NCBI GenBank assembly: GCA_965116905.1
Contig: OZ220732.1
Location: 2,592,001-2,656,000 of the forward strand
Length of the DNA: 64,000 bases
Reading direction: 5' to 3'
From: Longimicrobiales bacterium
Lineage (GTDB): Bacteria > Gemmatimonadota > Gemmatimonadetes > Longimicrobiales > Gaopeijiaceae
In this document: positions 26,556 to 36,660 of the stretch, one piece after another
Layout: every line of letters begins with the position of its first letter
Position numbering within the stretch: position 1 is the first letter of the stretch
Notes under the pieces: generated by a model
The model's database searches: none
What the model saw: the letters and a program-made list of their open reading frames with translations, nothing else
What the model was told of the DNA's origin: nothing
Program-made: the position numbers and the translations under genes

Positions 26556-27467
26556 ATGATTCGAGTCCGTTTTCTGGGGACCGCCGCCGCGCGGCCGACC
26601 GTTCGCCGGAATGTTTCGGCCATCGCGATCCAGCGGGAGGGCCGTTCCGTCCTCTGGGACTGCGGCGAGGGCACCCAGCGTCAGATCATGCGCTTCGGCA
26701 CCGGCTTTACGTTCTCGCACATCTTCATCACCCACGCCCATGCCGACCACTTCCTGGGCCTTCCGGGACTGCTCAGGACCATGGGGCTGCAGGGGAGGGA
26801 AGAGCGCATGAACATCTACGGCCCGGCCGGAGCCGTCGCCACCCTGGACGCGGCGGTGCGGCTGGGTGTCGAAAGGCTGCCCTTTCCGGTCGAGGTCGGA
26901 AGCCTCAGACCGGGTGATCGGGTGGACTTCGGTGACTGGGCCATGCACGCGTTTCGCGCCGAACACGGGGTCGCCGCGCTCGGATATGCATTGATCGAGG
27001 ACGCGCGGCTGGGCCGCTTCGACGTGGAGGCTGCGCGTCGCCTGGGGGTACCGGAGGGGCCCCTGTTCGGCCGGTTGCATCGGGGGGAGACCATCTATGT
27101 CGGGGACCGGACCATCTCGCCGGACGATGTGGTTGGCCCATCGCGACCCGGGCGCACCGTGGTGTACACGGGCGACACGAGGCCGAGTCGCACCACGGTG
27201 CGGGTCGCCAGGGGGGCCGACCTCCTGATCCACGAGGCCACGTTCGGGTCGGACGAGGTGGGGCGCGCACGCGAGACCCGGCACTCGACCGCGGCGGAGG
27301 CCGCCGACGTGGCGGCGCGGGCGCACGTGCGGCGACTGGTGCTGACCCACATTTCGGCCCGCTACTCGGAGTCGCCGGAGCGGTTGCGAAACCAGGCGCG
27401 CGACGTGTTCCCGGAGGCTTCGGTCGCGCACGATGGCCTGGAGGTGGAGCTCGGATACCATGAGTGA
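26556..27467 (+). CDS. rnz: Ribonuclease Z
   Basis: FLGT…RPTVRRN, DCGEGTQRQ, THAHADH, GP exosite, HEATF, HST and LTHISARY motifs. Confidence 0.95.
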   Translation: MIRVRFLGTAAARPTVRRNVSAIAIQREGRSVLWDCGEGTQRQIMRFGTGFTFSHIFITHAHADHFLGLPGLLRTMGLQGREERMNIYGPAGAVATLDAAVRLGVERLPFPVEVGSLRPGDRVDFGDWAMHAFRAEHGVAALGYALIEDARLGRFDVEAARRLGVPEGPLFGRLHRGETIYVGDRTISPDDVVGPSRPGRTVVYTGDTRPSRTTVRVARGADLLIHEATFGSDEVGRARETRHSTAAEAADVAARAHVRRLVLTHISARYSESPERLRNQARDVFPEASVAHDGLEVELGYHE

Positions 27468-28380
27468 AGCCGGGGTGTCCTCGATGCCCCCGGAACTGGC
27501 GCGCGCCGTGACCGTGGTCGGCCTGGGGGTCATGGGGGGATCGGTTGTGAAATCGCTTCGCCGCCGGCACCCCGAAGTGCCCGTCCACGGCATCGAGCCC
27601 GATCCCTGTAGCGCCGAGCTTGCCGCGGGCGACGGCGTGCGGCTCGCCGACTCGCTGGACCGGTGTCCGCTCGCCAGCGGTGTCGTGCTCTTCGCAACGC
27701 CGCTCGACACGACCGCATCCCTGGTCGGCGAGACCGCCGCGGTGTGGAGCAAGGCCGGGCTGGCGACCGATGTGGCCAGCCTCAAGGCTCCGGTGCTCGA
27801 GGCCGCCGCGGCCCATGGAGCGTCGGCAGCCCGCACGTTTGTCGGTGCGCACCCGATGACCGGGTCCGAGCGTTCGGGCTACGCGGCCGCGCGGGCGGAT
27901 CTCTTCGAGGACGCCGATGTCTGGATCAGCCCCTGCGCTTCCGTGGGTGTGGACGGCGGCCCCGGAGTGGCGAAAGCGGAAGCCGACGCCCACGCCGATG
28001 CCGTGCGACGAGCGTCCGCATTCTGGCAGGCCCTCGGCGCCCGCCCGCGAGTCGTCGGCGCGGAGGAGCACGATCGCGCGATGTCCTGGGCGAGCCACCT
28101 TCCGCAACTCGTGGCCAGCGCGCTTGCCGCCACCCTGGCCGATGCCGGGATCCCGCGGGCGGCCCTCGGTCCGGGGGGACGGGATGCCACGCGTATCGCG
28201 GGATCCAGTCCCGGGATGTGGATCCCCTTGCTCCGGGCCGCCGCCGCGGCTGACGCCCGGGCCCTGGCCGCGCTGGAGGAGCGCATCGGCACCGTGCGCA
28301 GGATGTTGGAACAGGGCGACATCGACGGAGTGGCGCAGTTGCTGGAGTACGGGAGGCACTGGTGCGATCCGCAGCCCTGA
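27460..28380 (+). CDS. tyrA: Prephenate/arogenate dehydrogenase
   Basis: GLGVMGGS, DVASLK, GAHPMTGSE, HDRAM…SHLPQ and DATRIAGS motifs. Confidence 0.9.
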   Translation: MSEAGVSSMPPELARAVTVVGLGVMGGSVVKSLRRRHPEVPVHGIEPDPCSAELAAGDGVRLADSLDRCPLASGVVLFATPLDTTASLVGETAAVWSKAGLATDVASLKAPVLEAAAAHGASAARTFVGAHPMTGSERSGYAAARADLFEDADVWISPCASVGVDGGPGVAKAEADAHADAVRRASAFWQALGARPRVVGAEEHDRAMSWASHLPQLVASALAATLADAGIPRAALGPGGRDATRIAGSSPGMWIPLLRAAAAADARALAALEERIGTVRRMLEQGDIDGVAQLLEYGRHWCDPQP

Positions 28381-30455
28381 GCATTCGGGTTCCAGGCGAC
28401 AAGTCCATCACCCAGCGCGCCCTCATTCTGGGTGCCATGGCGGACGGCGAGAGCCGAATCGAGGGTGCGCTCAGGGGGGCGGATCCGCTGGCGACCGGGC
28501 GCGCTCTGGCCAGGCTCGGCGTGGAGATCGACGGCCTGGACGCCGGCGAGGACCGAGTGGTGCGAATCGCGGGCCGCGGCCTCCGGTCGTGGAGGAGCCC
28601 CGGGACCACGCTCGACCTGTGCAACAGCGGCACGGGCGTTCGCCTCCTTGCCGGCGCGCTGGCGGCCCAGCCGCTCACGGCGGTCCTCGCGGGCGATGAA
28701 TCGCTTTCGCGCCGACCGATGAACAGGATCACGGATCCGCTGCGGCGCATGGGCGCATCGATCCGATACCTCGAGAGTCCCGGCGTTCTCCCGCTTCAGA
28801 TCGAGGGTGGGCGCCTGGAGGGGATCAGCCACGACGGGCGGGTAGCCAGCGCGCAGGTCAAGAGCGCCATCCTTCTGGCCGGTGTGGGGGCCGGCGTGGG
28901 CGTGGAGGTCCGGGAGCCGCGACGCTCGCGCGACCACAGCGAGCGAATGCTCGAGGGGATGGGGGTGGAGGTGGTGGAAGGGGAGGCCGCGGGGGGCTGG
29001 AGGGTGCGCGTGACGGATCCTCCGCCTCGACTGTCACCGTTGGAGATGCGCGTCCCGGGCGACTTCTCGTCGGCCGCGTTCCTCCTGGCGTGGGCGGCGC
29101 TGGTGGGGTGCGGAGATCGCCTTGCGGTGGAGGCCGTGGGCTTGAATGGGACACGGACGGGCCTGCTGCCGGTTCTTGGCCGGATGGGGGCCGACATTCG
29201 GGTCGTGGGCCGCCGCAGCACGGGTGGCGAGGCCGTAGGCGACCTGGCCGTGGCGGCCGAAGCGACCGTGCTCCGGGGGGTGGCGGTGGGGGAGGACGAG
29301 ATTCCCGGAATGATCGACGAGGTGCCGATCCTGGCCGTCCTGGCGGCGCGCGCCGAGGGCGTTTCACGCATTACCGGAGCCGGGGAACTCAGGGTGAAGG
29401 AGTCGGACCGGCTCGCGGCCCTCGCGACGAACCTGCGCCGGATCGGGGTCCGCGCCGAGGAACTCGCCGACGGCCTCGAGATCGAAGGCACCGATGCGCC
29501 TCTGGCCGGCAGGGTCCGAAGTTTTGACGACCATCGGATCGCGATGGCGTTCGGTGTCCTCGGGGCCACGCCCGGCTGCGATATCCGCATCGACGATCCG
29601 GCGACGGCGGGCGTCAGCTTCCCCGGCTTCTGGGATCTTCTCGGCCGGATACGCGCATGGCAGGCAACCCTGGGCACCGATACGCGGCGCCCCCCACACG
29701 ACGCGCCGGATGCCCCCGGATCCGCCGAGGCGAGGGTTGCGGGGTGCCCGGTCGTTGCGATCGACGGCTCGGCCGGATCGGGGAAGTCCACGACCGCGGC
29801 GGCCGTGGCCAGCGAGCTCGGCTACCGGCATCTGGATTCGGGCGCGATCTACCGGGCCGTCACGCTGGGCCTTCTCGATCGGGACCCCGAAATGCCCGGG
29901 CGGGCCGGCTCGTCCGCGCCGGCCGCGACCCCCGCGCCGGCCGTCACCCCCGAGGATCTGGAAGCTCTGGACATCGCCATCGAGTGGGATGGCTGCGCGA
30001 TGGCGGTGCGGATGCGCGGGGCACGGGTTCCCGAGGAAGCGTTGAGGGCAGCACGCGTCACCCGCGCGGTCTCCGCGGTCTCGGCGCTCGCGGTGGTACG
30101 CGAACACCTGTTGGAGTTGCAGCGCGCGGCCGCCGTGGGGCCCGGGCTGGTGGCGGAGGGCCGCGACATGGGCACCGTGGTCTTCCCGGACGCGGTGGCC
30201 AAGATCTACCTGGACGCGCACCCGCGTGAACGCGCCCGGCGCCGCATCCTGCAACGGGGCGGAACCCCGAACGCGGCGGAGGTCGGGAAGGAGGCGCAAA
30301 GGCTGGAAATGCGGGACAAACGCGACTCCACGCGGGTGCTCGCGCCCCTTGCCCGCGCAGGCGATGCCGTACTCCTTGATACGACCGACATGGACCCGAG
30401 GGCCCAGACAGAGGCGGTCGTACGCCTCGTGAGGTCGGTCGAGGCCTCCCGCTGA
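28362..30455 (+). CDS. aroA-cmk: Fused EPSP synthase (AroA) and cytidylate kinase (Cmk)
   Basis: AroA motifs PGDKSI, NSGT, SAQVKSA, RDHSE, ELRVKESDR and DHRIAM, then in frame the Cmk motifs AIDGSAGSGKST, DSGAIYR, EGRDMGTVVFP and RDKRDSTR. Confidence 0.93.
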   Translation: MRSAALSIRVPGDKSITQRALILGAMADGESRIEGALRGADPLATGRALARLGVEIDGLDAGEDRVVRIAGRGLRSWRSPGTTLDLCNSGTGVRLLAGALAAQPLTAVLAGDESLSRRPMNRITDPLRRMGASIRYLESPGVLPLQIEGGRLEGISHDGRVASAQVKSAILLAGVGAGVGVEVREPRRSRDHSERMLEGMGVEVVEGEAAGGWRVRVTDPPPRLSPLEMRVPGDFSSAAFLLAWAALVGCGDRLAVEAVGLNGTRTGLLPVLGRMGADIRVVGRRSTGGEAVGDLAVAAEATVLRGVAVGEDEIPGMIDEVPILAVLAARAEGVSRITGAGELRVKESDRLAALATNLRRIGVRAEELADGLEIEGTDAPLAGRVRSFDDHRIAMAFGVLGATPGCDIRIDDPATAGVSFPGFWDLLGRIRAWQATLGTDTRRPPHDAPDAPGSAEARVAGCPVVAIDGSAGSGKSTTAAAVASELGYRHLDSGAIYRAVTLGLLDRDPEMPGRAGSSAPAATPAPAVTPEDLEALDIAIEWDGCAMAVRMRGARVPEEALRAARVTRAVSAVSALAVVREHLLELQRAAAVGPGLVAEGRDMGTVVFPDAVAKIYLDAHPRERARRRILQRGGTPNAAEVGKEAQRLEMRDKRDSTRVLAPLARAGDAVLLDTTDMDPRAQTEAVVRLVRSVEASR

Positions 30456-30686
30456 ATGCCGGATTGCACTATGCTTTAAGACTATACCTTCGGCGGGACG
30501 CGACCCCATGGTTCCGGCCAGGCGGGTCCGGTCGCCCCTATGAAGGAGCATGGAGAATACACCGGCGGCGGGCTACCGCACGGGGAGGTCCGTCCAGCCC
30601 TCGTTTCATTCAATCCGGCCTCCCGCGCGTCCCAACGGGCCGGCAATAGTATCGGAGCGCCGGCATCGAAGCCGGCGGTGCATGCC

Positions 30687-32645
30687 ATGACCGAACCCCA
30701 GGAATCTCCCCCGGCCCCCGAAGGCCTCGACCCCACGACCGAAACCACGACCGAAACCCCGACCGACGGCACCGGCCTTCCCGACGAAATCTCGCCGGAG
30801 CTGTTCAGCGATCCATATGGCGAAGAAGTCCTCGATGTCTCTCGCGACGACTTCGAGGCGATGCTCTCCGAACACCAGACCGCCCGCGGCGACATCCGCG
30901 AGGGTCAGGTCGTACAGGCCAGGGTTCTGCGGACGACCGAGTCTACCGTCATCCTCGAATTCGGATTCAAGAGCGAGGGAGCGGTACCGCTCGACGAGTT
31001 CAAGGACCCCGACTCCATCGAGCCGGGGCAGGACGTTGAAGTACTGCTCGAGAGCCTCGAGGACGAAGACGGCGTCGTCGTCCTGTCCAAGAAGAAGGCG
31101 GACTTCCTCAGGGTCTGGGAGCTGATCAAGGACGCGTTCGAGAGCGACCAGCCGGTCAAGGGGCTCCTGACGCGGAAGATCAAGGGAGGTGTCACGGTCG
31201 ACATCATGGGCGTCGACGCCTTCCTCCCCGGTTCCCAGATTGCCCTTCGCAGGGTTCCGAACATCGAGGACCTGATCGGCGAAACCTACGACTTCAAGAT
31301 CATCAAGCTGAACAAGCGGCGGCGCAATATCGTCGTGTCCCGGCGTGTCATCCTCGAGCGGGAGCGCAAGAAAAAGCGTTCGACGCTGGTCAAGGAGCTG
31401 CTCACCGGCCAGGTGCGGGAGGGGGTCGTCAAGAACATCACCGACTTCGGGGCGTTTATCGACCTCGGCGGTCTCGACGGCCTGCTGCACATCACCGACA
31501 TGTCGTGGGGCAGGGTCGGGCACCCGTCCGAGGTGGTGAACATCGGTGCGAGCCTCGACATCAAGGTGCTGGACATCGACTGGGACCGCGAACGCATCTC
31601 GCTGGGACTCAAGCAGTTGCTCCCGTATCCGTGGACGGACATCGAGGAGCGCTACCCCGTGGGGGCCCGCGTCCGCGGCAAGGTCGTGTCGATCACGAAC
31701 TACGGGGCGTTCGTCGAGCTTCAGAAGGGCGTCGAGGGACTGGTCCACATCTCCGAGATGTCCTGGACCCGCAACGTGCGGCACCCGTCCAAGCTCGTGT
31801 CGATCGGGGACGAGATCGAGGCCGTGGTGCTGAAGGTGGACCCGAAGGACCAGAAGATCTCCCTCGGGATGAAGCAGATCGAAGAGGATCCCTGGCTGGC
31901 GCTGCCGCTCAAGTATCCGACGGGAACCCGGCTGACCGGCACGGTGCGCAACCTCACCTCCTTCGGGGCGTTCGTCGAAATCGAGCCCGGGATCGACGGA
32001 CTCGTCCACGTTTCGGACATGAGCTGGACGCGGCGGGTCGAGCATCCGTCGGAGGTCGTGCAGAAGGGTGAGACCGTCGACGTCATGGTGCTCGACGTGG
32101 ATTCCGACAACAAGCGCATTTCGCTGGGGATCAAGCAGTTGTACGACGATCCGTGGCCGCAGCTGGTCTCTCGCTTCCACAAGGACCACGAGCAGGACGG
32201 CCGCGTGGCGCGGATCCAGGACAGGGGATTGGTCGTGGACCTGGGAGACGGCGTGGAGGGTTTCGTGCCGGGCTCCCATACCGCGGTGCCGGCGGACGAA
32301 GTCGAGCATCGCTATGCCGCCGGAGACGTGGTTCCGATCCGGGTGATTGCCTCGGACGCGGCCGAGCGCCGCATCGTGCTCGAAGTGCTCGAGGCGCCCG
32401 AGAGAAAGCGTGGGCCCGAGGCCGGGGAAGACGAGGAAGCGGGGGACGGCGCCAATGAGGAAGATGGGGGCGGCGCCGACGATGAAGCGGTGGGCAGCGC
32501 TAATGCGGAAGACGCGGGGGCCGCCGATGATGAAGCAGCGGACGGTGCCGACGAGGAAGCGGCGGGCGGCGCCGATGAAGCGGCGGACGTTCCGGAGGAG
32601 GAAGGTGCGGACGCGACAGGGGAGCAATCCGAGACGTCCGATTGA
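30687..32645 (+). CDS. rpsA: 30S ribosomal protein S1 with long acidic C-terminal tail
   Basis: Repeated S1 domains (FGAFIDLGG…GLLHITDMSW, YGAFVEL…GLVHISEMSW, FGAFVEI…GLVHVSDMSW). Start placed at MTEPQ but uncertain. Confidence 0.96.
   Translation: MTEPQESPPAPEGLDPTTETTTETPTDGTGLPDEISPELFSDPYGEEVLDVSRDDFEAMLSEHQTARGDIREGQVVQARVLRTTESTVILEFGFKSEGAVPLDEFKDPDSIEPGQDVEVLLESLEDEDGVVVLSKKKADFLRVWELIKDAFESDQPVKGLLTRKIKGGVTVDIMGVDAFLPGSQIALRRVPNIEDLIGETYDFKIIKLNKRRRNIVVSRRVILERERKKKRSTLVKELLTGQVREGVVKNITDFGAFIDLGGLDGLLHITDMSWGRVGHPSEVVNIGASLDIKVLDIDWDRERISLGLKQLLPYPWTDIEERYPVGARVRGKVVSITNYGAFVELQKGVEGLVHISEMSWTRNVRHPSKLVSIGDEIEAVVLKVDPKDQKISLGMKQIEEDPWLALPLKYPTGTRLTGTVRNLTSFGAFVEIEPGIDGLVHVSDMSWTRRVEHPSEVVQKGETVDVMVLDVDSDNKRISLGIKQLYDDPWPQLVSRFHKDHEQDGRVARIQDRGLVVDLGDGVEGFVPGSHTAVPADEVEHRYAAGDVVPIRVIASDAAERRIVLEVLEAPERKRGPEAGEDEEAGDGANEEDGGGADDEAVGSANAEDAGAADDEAADGADEEAAGGADEAADVPEEEGADATGEQSETSD
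32445..32588 (+). repeat. 24-bp coding tandem repeat, about 6 units (DGANEEDG / GGADDEAV…) in the S1 tail
   Basis: 8-residue period is visible in both DNA and protein. Confidence 0.8.
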
Positions 32646-32672
32646 TCAGGAGGCCGGATCTGCGGGCTTTTC

Positions 32673-34004
32673 GTGACGGCGATGGAGACGAGACCGGCTG
32701 AGCGCGTGGCCAGGGCGGCCCTGCTCGCAAGCTTCGCGTTCGCGTGCGCCGCCTCGGCACCGGCCTCGGTACGCGGGCCCGTGGCGGAACCCGCCGTCCA
32801 GCCCCCGGGCGGCTCGGAGCGGCTGATGAACGGGCCGGACGCGGGGTCGCCGGATTCGACGGTACCGGACTTCGCGGCCGGGCTGCAGGAGGGGCCGGTC
32901 ATCGGTGCGCTGCTGCCGATGTCGGGATCGCCGTCCAGCCGGGAATACGCGCAACTGTTCCTGGACGGGGTCGAGGTCGCGGTCGATCTGGCCCGCCGGG
33001 CCGGGGTGAACGTGCAGTTGCTCGTCGAAGACAACGGCGGCACGGCTTCCGGCAGCGCGCGCGGAGTCTCGGAACTCGCAGCTCGCGGCGCCGTCGCCAT
33101 TCTCGGCCCGTTGGCCACCGAGAACGTCCGCGCTGCCGCCGAGGTCGCACCGCGACGACTGGTGTTCTTCTCGCCGACAGCCAGAGACCTGCCGGACGGA
33201 CACCGGGGCGTCTACAGCATGGGTGCCGGGGATCCGGGCGCGGGGCTGGTGCTCGCCGACGCCGTGGCCGACCTCGGATACCGTGACGCGGTTGTCATCC
33301 ACCCGCGCAGCCCCGGCGAGAGACTGGAAGCGACGGCGTTCGCGGAAGCACTCGATGCGGCCGGCGGCCTGATCCGGCGGCGCATCGAGTATGTGCCCGG
33401 CACCACGACCTTCGAGCAGTCGCTGCTCGAGGCGAAATCGCTCTTCCCCGGGCTGCTGATGGTCGCGGCGCCCCCGGCCGATATCGAGCTGCTCGCGCCC
33501 CAAATCGCATTTTTCGGTCTCGACACCATCGGGGTGCAGGTGGCGGGCACCGCTGGATGGACCGATCCCTCTGTCCTGGAGGGTGTGGCACGCCGCCACA
33601 CCGACCGGGTCATCTCGGTCAGTCCCCTGGCGCCTGATGCGGTCGAGGACCTGCCCGCGGACTTCATCGCGGCCTACGAACGCCGTTTTCGGCGCTCGTT
33701 GCACAGCCTGGTGCCGGCCACGGGCTACGACCTGTTCCGCATGGCCCTGGCAGCCTACGGCGCAGGCCGGCGCACTTCCGGAGACCTCGTTGCGGCCCTG
33801 GAACGGCTCCACCGGTTTACAGGTGTGACCGGAAGCTACTCCTTCGCCGACGGCCGGCTTACGCGTGAGTACTATCCGGTCCGGATCTACGAAGGCTCGC
33901 TGCACGCCGTCGACACGGTGTTTCCGGAAGCGAGGCGACCGGGACCCGTGGGCTCGTCGGCAACCCCGCAGCGCGTTGGCAGGGGCGGCCGCTCGCCGCG
34001 ATGA
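32673..34004 (+). CDS. Lipoprotein with periplasmic-binding-protein type 1 fold (LpoA/LppC-like)
   Basis: Lipobox [19 protein letters not shown] and TGYD…[10 protein letters not shown] motifs. Confidence 0.75.
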   Translation: MTAMETRPAERVARAALLASFAFACAASAPASVRGPVAEPAVQPPGGSERLMNGPDAGSPDSTVPDFAAGLQEGPVIGALLPMSGSPSSREYAQLFLDGVEVAVDLARRAGVNVQLLVEDNGGTASGSARGVSELAARGAVAILGPLATENVRAAAEVAPRRLVFFSPTARDLPDGHRGVYSMGAGDPGAGLVLADAVADLGYRDAVVIHPRSPGERLEATAFAEALDAAGGLIRRRIEYVPGTTTFEQSLLEAKSLFPGLLMVAAPPADIELLAPQIAFFGLDTIGVQVAGTAGWTDPSVLEGVARRHTDRVISVSPLAPDAVEDLPADFIAAYERRFRRSLHSLVPATGYDLFRMALAAYGAGRRTSGDLVAALERLHRFTGVTGSYSFADGRLTREYYPVRIYEGSLHAVDTVFPEARRPGPVGSSATPQRVGRGGRSPR

Positions 34005-35551
34005 CGATGCGTGAATCTCTTGAGCGCCTCGAGGCCCTCAAGCGCAAGGCGGAACTCGGCGGGGGTGAGGCGCGCATTCGAGCCCAGCACGAACGCGGCA
34101 AGCTGTCCGCGAGAGAGAGGCTGGAACTGCTGCTGGACGAGGATTCCTTCGTCGAACTGGACCGCTTCGTTACGCATCGGTCGACCGAGTTCGGGCTTGA
34201 TTCACGAAAGTACCTGGGCGATGGAGTGGTCACCGGCTACGGGATGATTCACGGCCGCCTCGTCTACGTGTTCTCGCAGGACTTCACGGTCTTCGGCGGG
34301 TCGCTCAGCGAAGCTCATGCGGAGAAGATCGTCAAGATCCAGGACATGGCACTGCGTAACGGCGCGCCGGTAATCGGTCTCAACGATTCCGGAGGGGCCC
34401 GGATCCAGGAGGGCGTCGTCTCGCTGGGGGGCTACGCCGACATCTTCCTTCGCAACACCCTCGCATCGGGTGTGATCCCCCAGATCAGCGTGGTCCTGGG
34501 TCCGTGCGCGGGCGGAGCGGTGTATTCGCCGGCCATCACCGACTTCGTGTACATGGTGCGGGGAACGAGCTTCATGTTCGTGACCGGACCGGGGGTGGTG
34601 AAGACGGTGACGCACGAGGAGATCGACATGGAAGGGCTGGGCGGTGCGGATGTTCACGCCGAGACCTCCGGCGTGGCCCACTTCGCGCACGATAGCGAGG
34701 CGGAGAGTCTGACGGCCGTGCGTGACCTGTTCCGGTACGTGCCACGCAACAACGCGGAATCGCCACCGGGCGGCAAAGATGGGGATTCCCATGCTCGGCG
34801 CAGCGAGAAAATACTGGAGATCATTCCAGATAACCCGAATCGTCCCTACGATATAACTGATGTCATCGCGGAAATCGCCGACGGCGGTGCGTTTTACGAG
34901 GTTCACGCCGGCTTCGCCCGCAACCTGGTCACCGGATTCGCCCATCTCGGGGGTCACTCGGTGGGGATCGTGGCCAACCAGCCCGCGGTGCTTGCGGGTG
35001 TTCTGGACATCGACGCTTCGGACAAGGGCGCCCGTTTCGTCCGTTTCTGCGATGCCTTCAACATTCCCCTGGTCGTGCTGGAGGATGTCCCCGGCTTTCT
35101 GCCCGGGGTCGGTCAGGAACACGGCGGCATCATCCGGCACGGCGCCAAGCTGCTGTACGCGTTCTGCGAGGCGACCGTGCCCAAGGTCACCGTCATCACC
35201 CGCAAGGCGTATGGCGGTGCCTACGACGTCATGAACTCGAAGCACGTCCGCGGCGACATCAACCTGGCCTGGCCGTCCGCCGAGATCGCGGTGATGGGTC
35301 CGAAGGGCGCGGTGGAGATCCTGTTCCGCAAGGAGATCGCCGCGGCCGAGGATCCGGAGGCGGCGACAGAGGCGAGAATGGCGGAATACCGGGAGAAGTT
35401 CGCGAACCCGTACGTCGCGGCGGCACGCGGGTTCGTCGACGACGTGATCGACCCCCGTGACACGCGCCCGAGGCTGATCAACGCCCTGGACATGTTGCGG
35501 GACAAGCGGGATTCGAATCCGCCGAAGAAGCACGGCAACATTCCGTTGTAG
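34001..35551 (+). CDS. pccB: Acyl-CoA (propionyl/methylmalonyl-CoA) carboxyltransferase beta subunit
   Basis: [44 protein letters not shown] and C-terminal KKHGNIPL. Confidence 0.95.
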   Translation: MTMRESLERLEALKRKAELGGGEARIRAQHERGKLSARERLELLLDEDSFVELDRFVTHRSTEFGLDSRKYLGDGVVTGYGMIHGRLVYVFSQDFTVFGGSLSEAHAEKIVKIQDMALRNGAPVIGLNDSGGARIQEGVVSLGGYADIFLRNTLASGVIPQISVVLGPCAGGAVYSPAITDFVYMVRGTSFMFVTGPGVVKTVTHEEIDMEGLGGADVHAETSGVAHFAHDSEAESLTAVRDLFRYVPRNNAESPPGGKDGDSHARRSEKILEIIPDNPNRPYDITDVIAEIADGGAFYEVHAGFARNLVTGFAHLGGHSVGIVANQPAVLAGVLDIDASDKGARFVRFCDAFNIPLVVLEDVPGFLPGVGQEHGGIIRHGAKLLYAFCEATVPKVTVITRKAYGGAYDVMNSKHVRGDINLAWPSAEIAVMGPKGAVEILFRKEIAAAEDPEAATEARMAEYREKFANPYVAAARGFVDDVIDPRDTRPRLINALDMLRDKRDSNPPKKHGNIPL

Positions 35552-35571
35552 GCACGTGCCGTCCGCGGTGG

Positions 35572-35598
35572 GCAACCCGGCCGGGGCGCCGGGGCGTC
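35572..35598 (+). promoter_or_regulatory. Possible ECF-sigma promoter
   Basis: GCAAC-N18-CGTC about 60 bp upstream of the PDZ protein gene. Confidence 0.3.
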
Positions 35599-35661
35599 AC
35601 AGTGTGGACAGCCCGACGGGCTCGCTGGGGGGCTGTAGACAGACAACGGGGGGAAGGCACG

Positions 35662-36615
35662 ATGCGAAAGGCAAGATTCTTGAGGGACTTTTGGATGTCG
35701 GCGGGATTCGCCGCGGTGGCGGCGGTCGGTTTGGCCGGCCTGGCCGGCCCGGTCACGGCACAGGAGAAGGAGGAGTGCGATTGCCCGCCGGGCGTGAGGA
35801 CATTCGTCTGGGACGGCGAACCCGGCCAGGTTTCGGTGCTGAGTTTCGGGGGGCGCCCGATGCTCGGGGTGTCGCTGAACATGGACGCGGACCCCGGTGA
35901 AGTGGGCGTCCGCGTTACCGGCGTGCACGAGGACGGACCGGCCGACAGGGCTGGCGTCCGTGAAGGCGACGTGATCGTGGGAGCGGCGGGAATGGACCTC
36001 ACGCAGCCGCTCGACGGAGAGGACGAGATGGACTTCAACCGGCGTTCCTCGCTTCCGGGTCAGCGCCTGATCGCCCTGATCAGGGACCTGGAGGAGGGCG
36101 AAGAGATCGAGATCGAGGTGGACCGTGACGGAGAGTCGCTCGTCTTTACGATGGTCCCCGAGGAGCTTGAGGGATGGGGTTGGCCGGAGAGGCTCAGCGT
36201 CCGGGTGCGCGACATGGCCGACCGCCTGCGCGACCAGACGCGGGATATCGACTGGAACGTCCACTGGGACGCTCCGGAGATCGAACCCCTCGACAGGCCC
36301 GAATTCTTCCAGGACTACGGGGAATTGACGCGTGGCTGGATGCAGGACCGGGCCCACGGGCTCGACCTGGTCGAACTCAACCCGGGTCTGGGTGCATACT
36401 TCGGCACGGGCGAGGGAGTTCTCGTTGCGGACGCCGACGACGGCTCCGAGCTTGGGCTCCACCCCGGCGACGTCGTGGTCGACGTGGATGGGCGGAGGGT
36501 CCGGAGCGCGGCCCAGTTCAGGCGGATACTGCGCTCCTACGAGGAAGGCGAGGAGTTGGCGTTCCGAATCTGGCGGGATGGCGCGGAGACGACGGTCCGG
36601 GGTACCATCGGGTAG
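35662..36615 (+). CDS. Exported double-PDZ-domain protein
   Basis: Signal peptide ends VTA-Q. PDZ motifs MLGVSL…GPADRAGVREGDVI and GVLV…LGLHPGDVVVDVDG. No protease domain is visible. Confidence 0.85.
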   Translation: MRKARFLRDFWMSAGFAAVAAVGLAGLAGPVTAQEKEECDCPPGVRTFVWDGEPGQVSVLSFGGRPMLGVSLNMDADPGEVGVRVTGVHEDGPADRAGVREGDVIVGAAGMDLTQPLDGEDEMDFNRRSSLPGQRLIALIRDLEEGEEIEIEVDRDGESLVFTMVPEELEGWGWPERLSVRVRDMADRLRDQTRDIDWNVHWDAPEIEPLDRPEFFQDYGELTRGWMQDRAHGLDLVELNPGLGAYFGTGEGVLVADADDGSELGLHPGDVVVDVDGRRVRSAAQFRRILRSYEEGEELAFRIWRDGAETTVRGTIG

Positions 36616-36660
36616 TTTTCGTCCAGGATCACCCCGTTCCGGCCCCGGAGAGGCCACACA

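Noticed and set aside
30460..30490. AT-rich patch upstream of rpsA as a defined sigma70 promoter
   Set aside because: It is probably a promoter, but TTGCAC and TATACC are only 13 bp apart, so the boxes cannot be assigned confidently.
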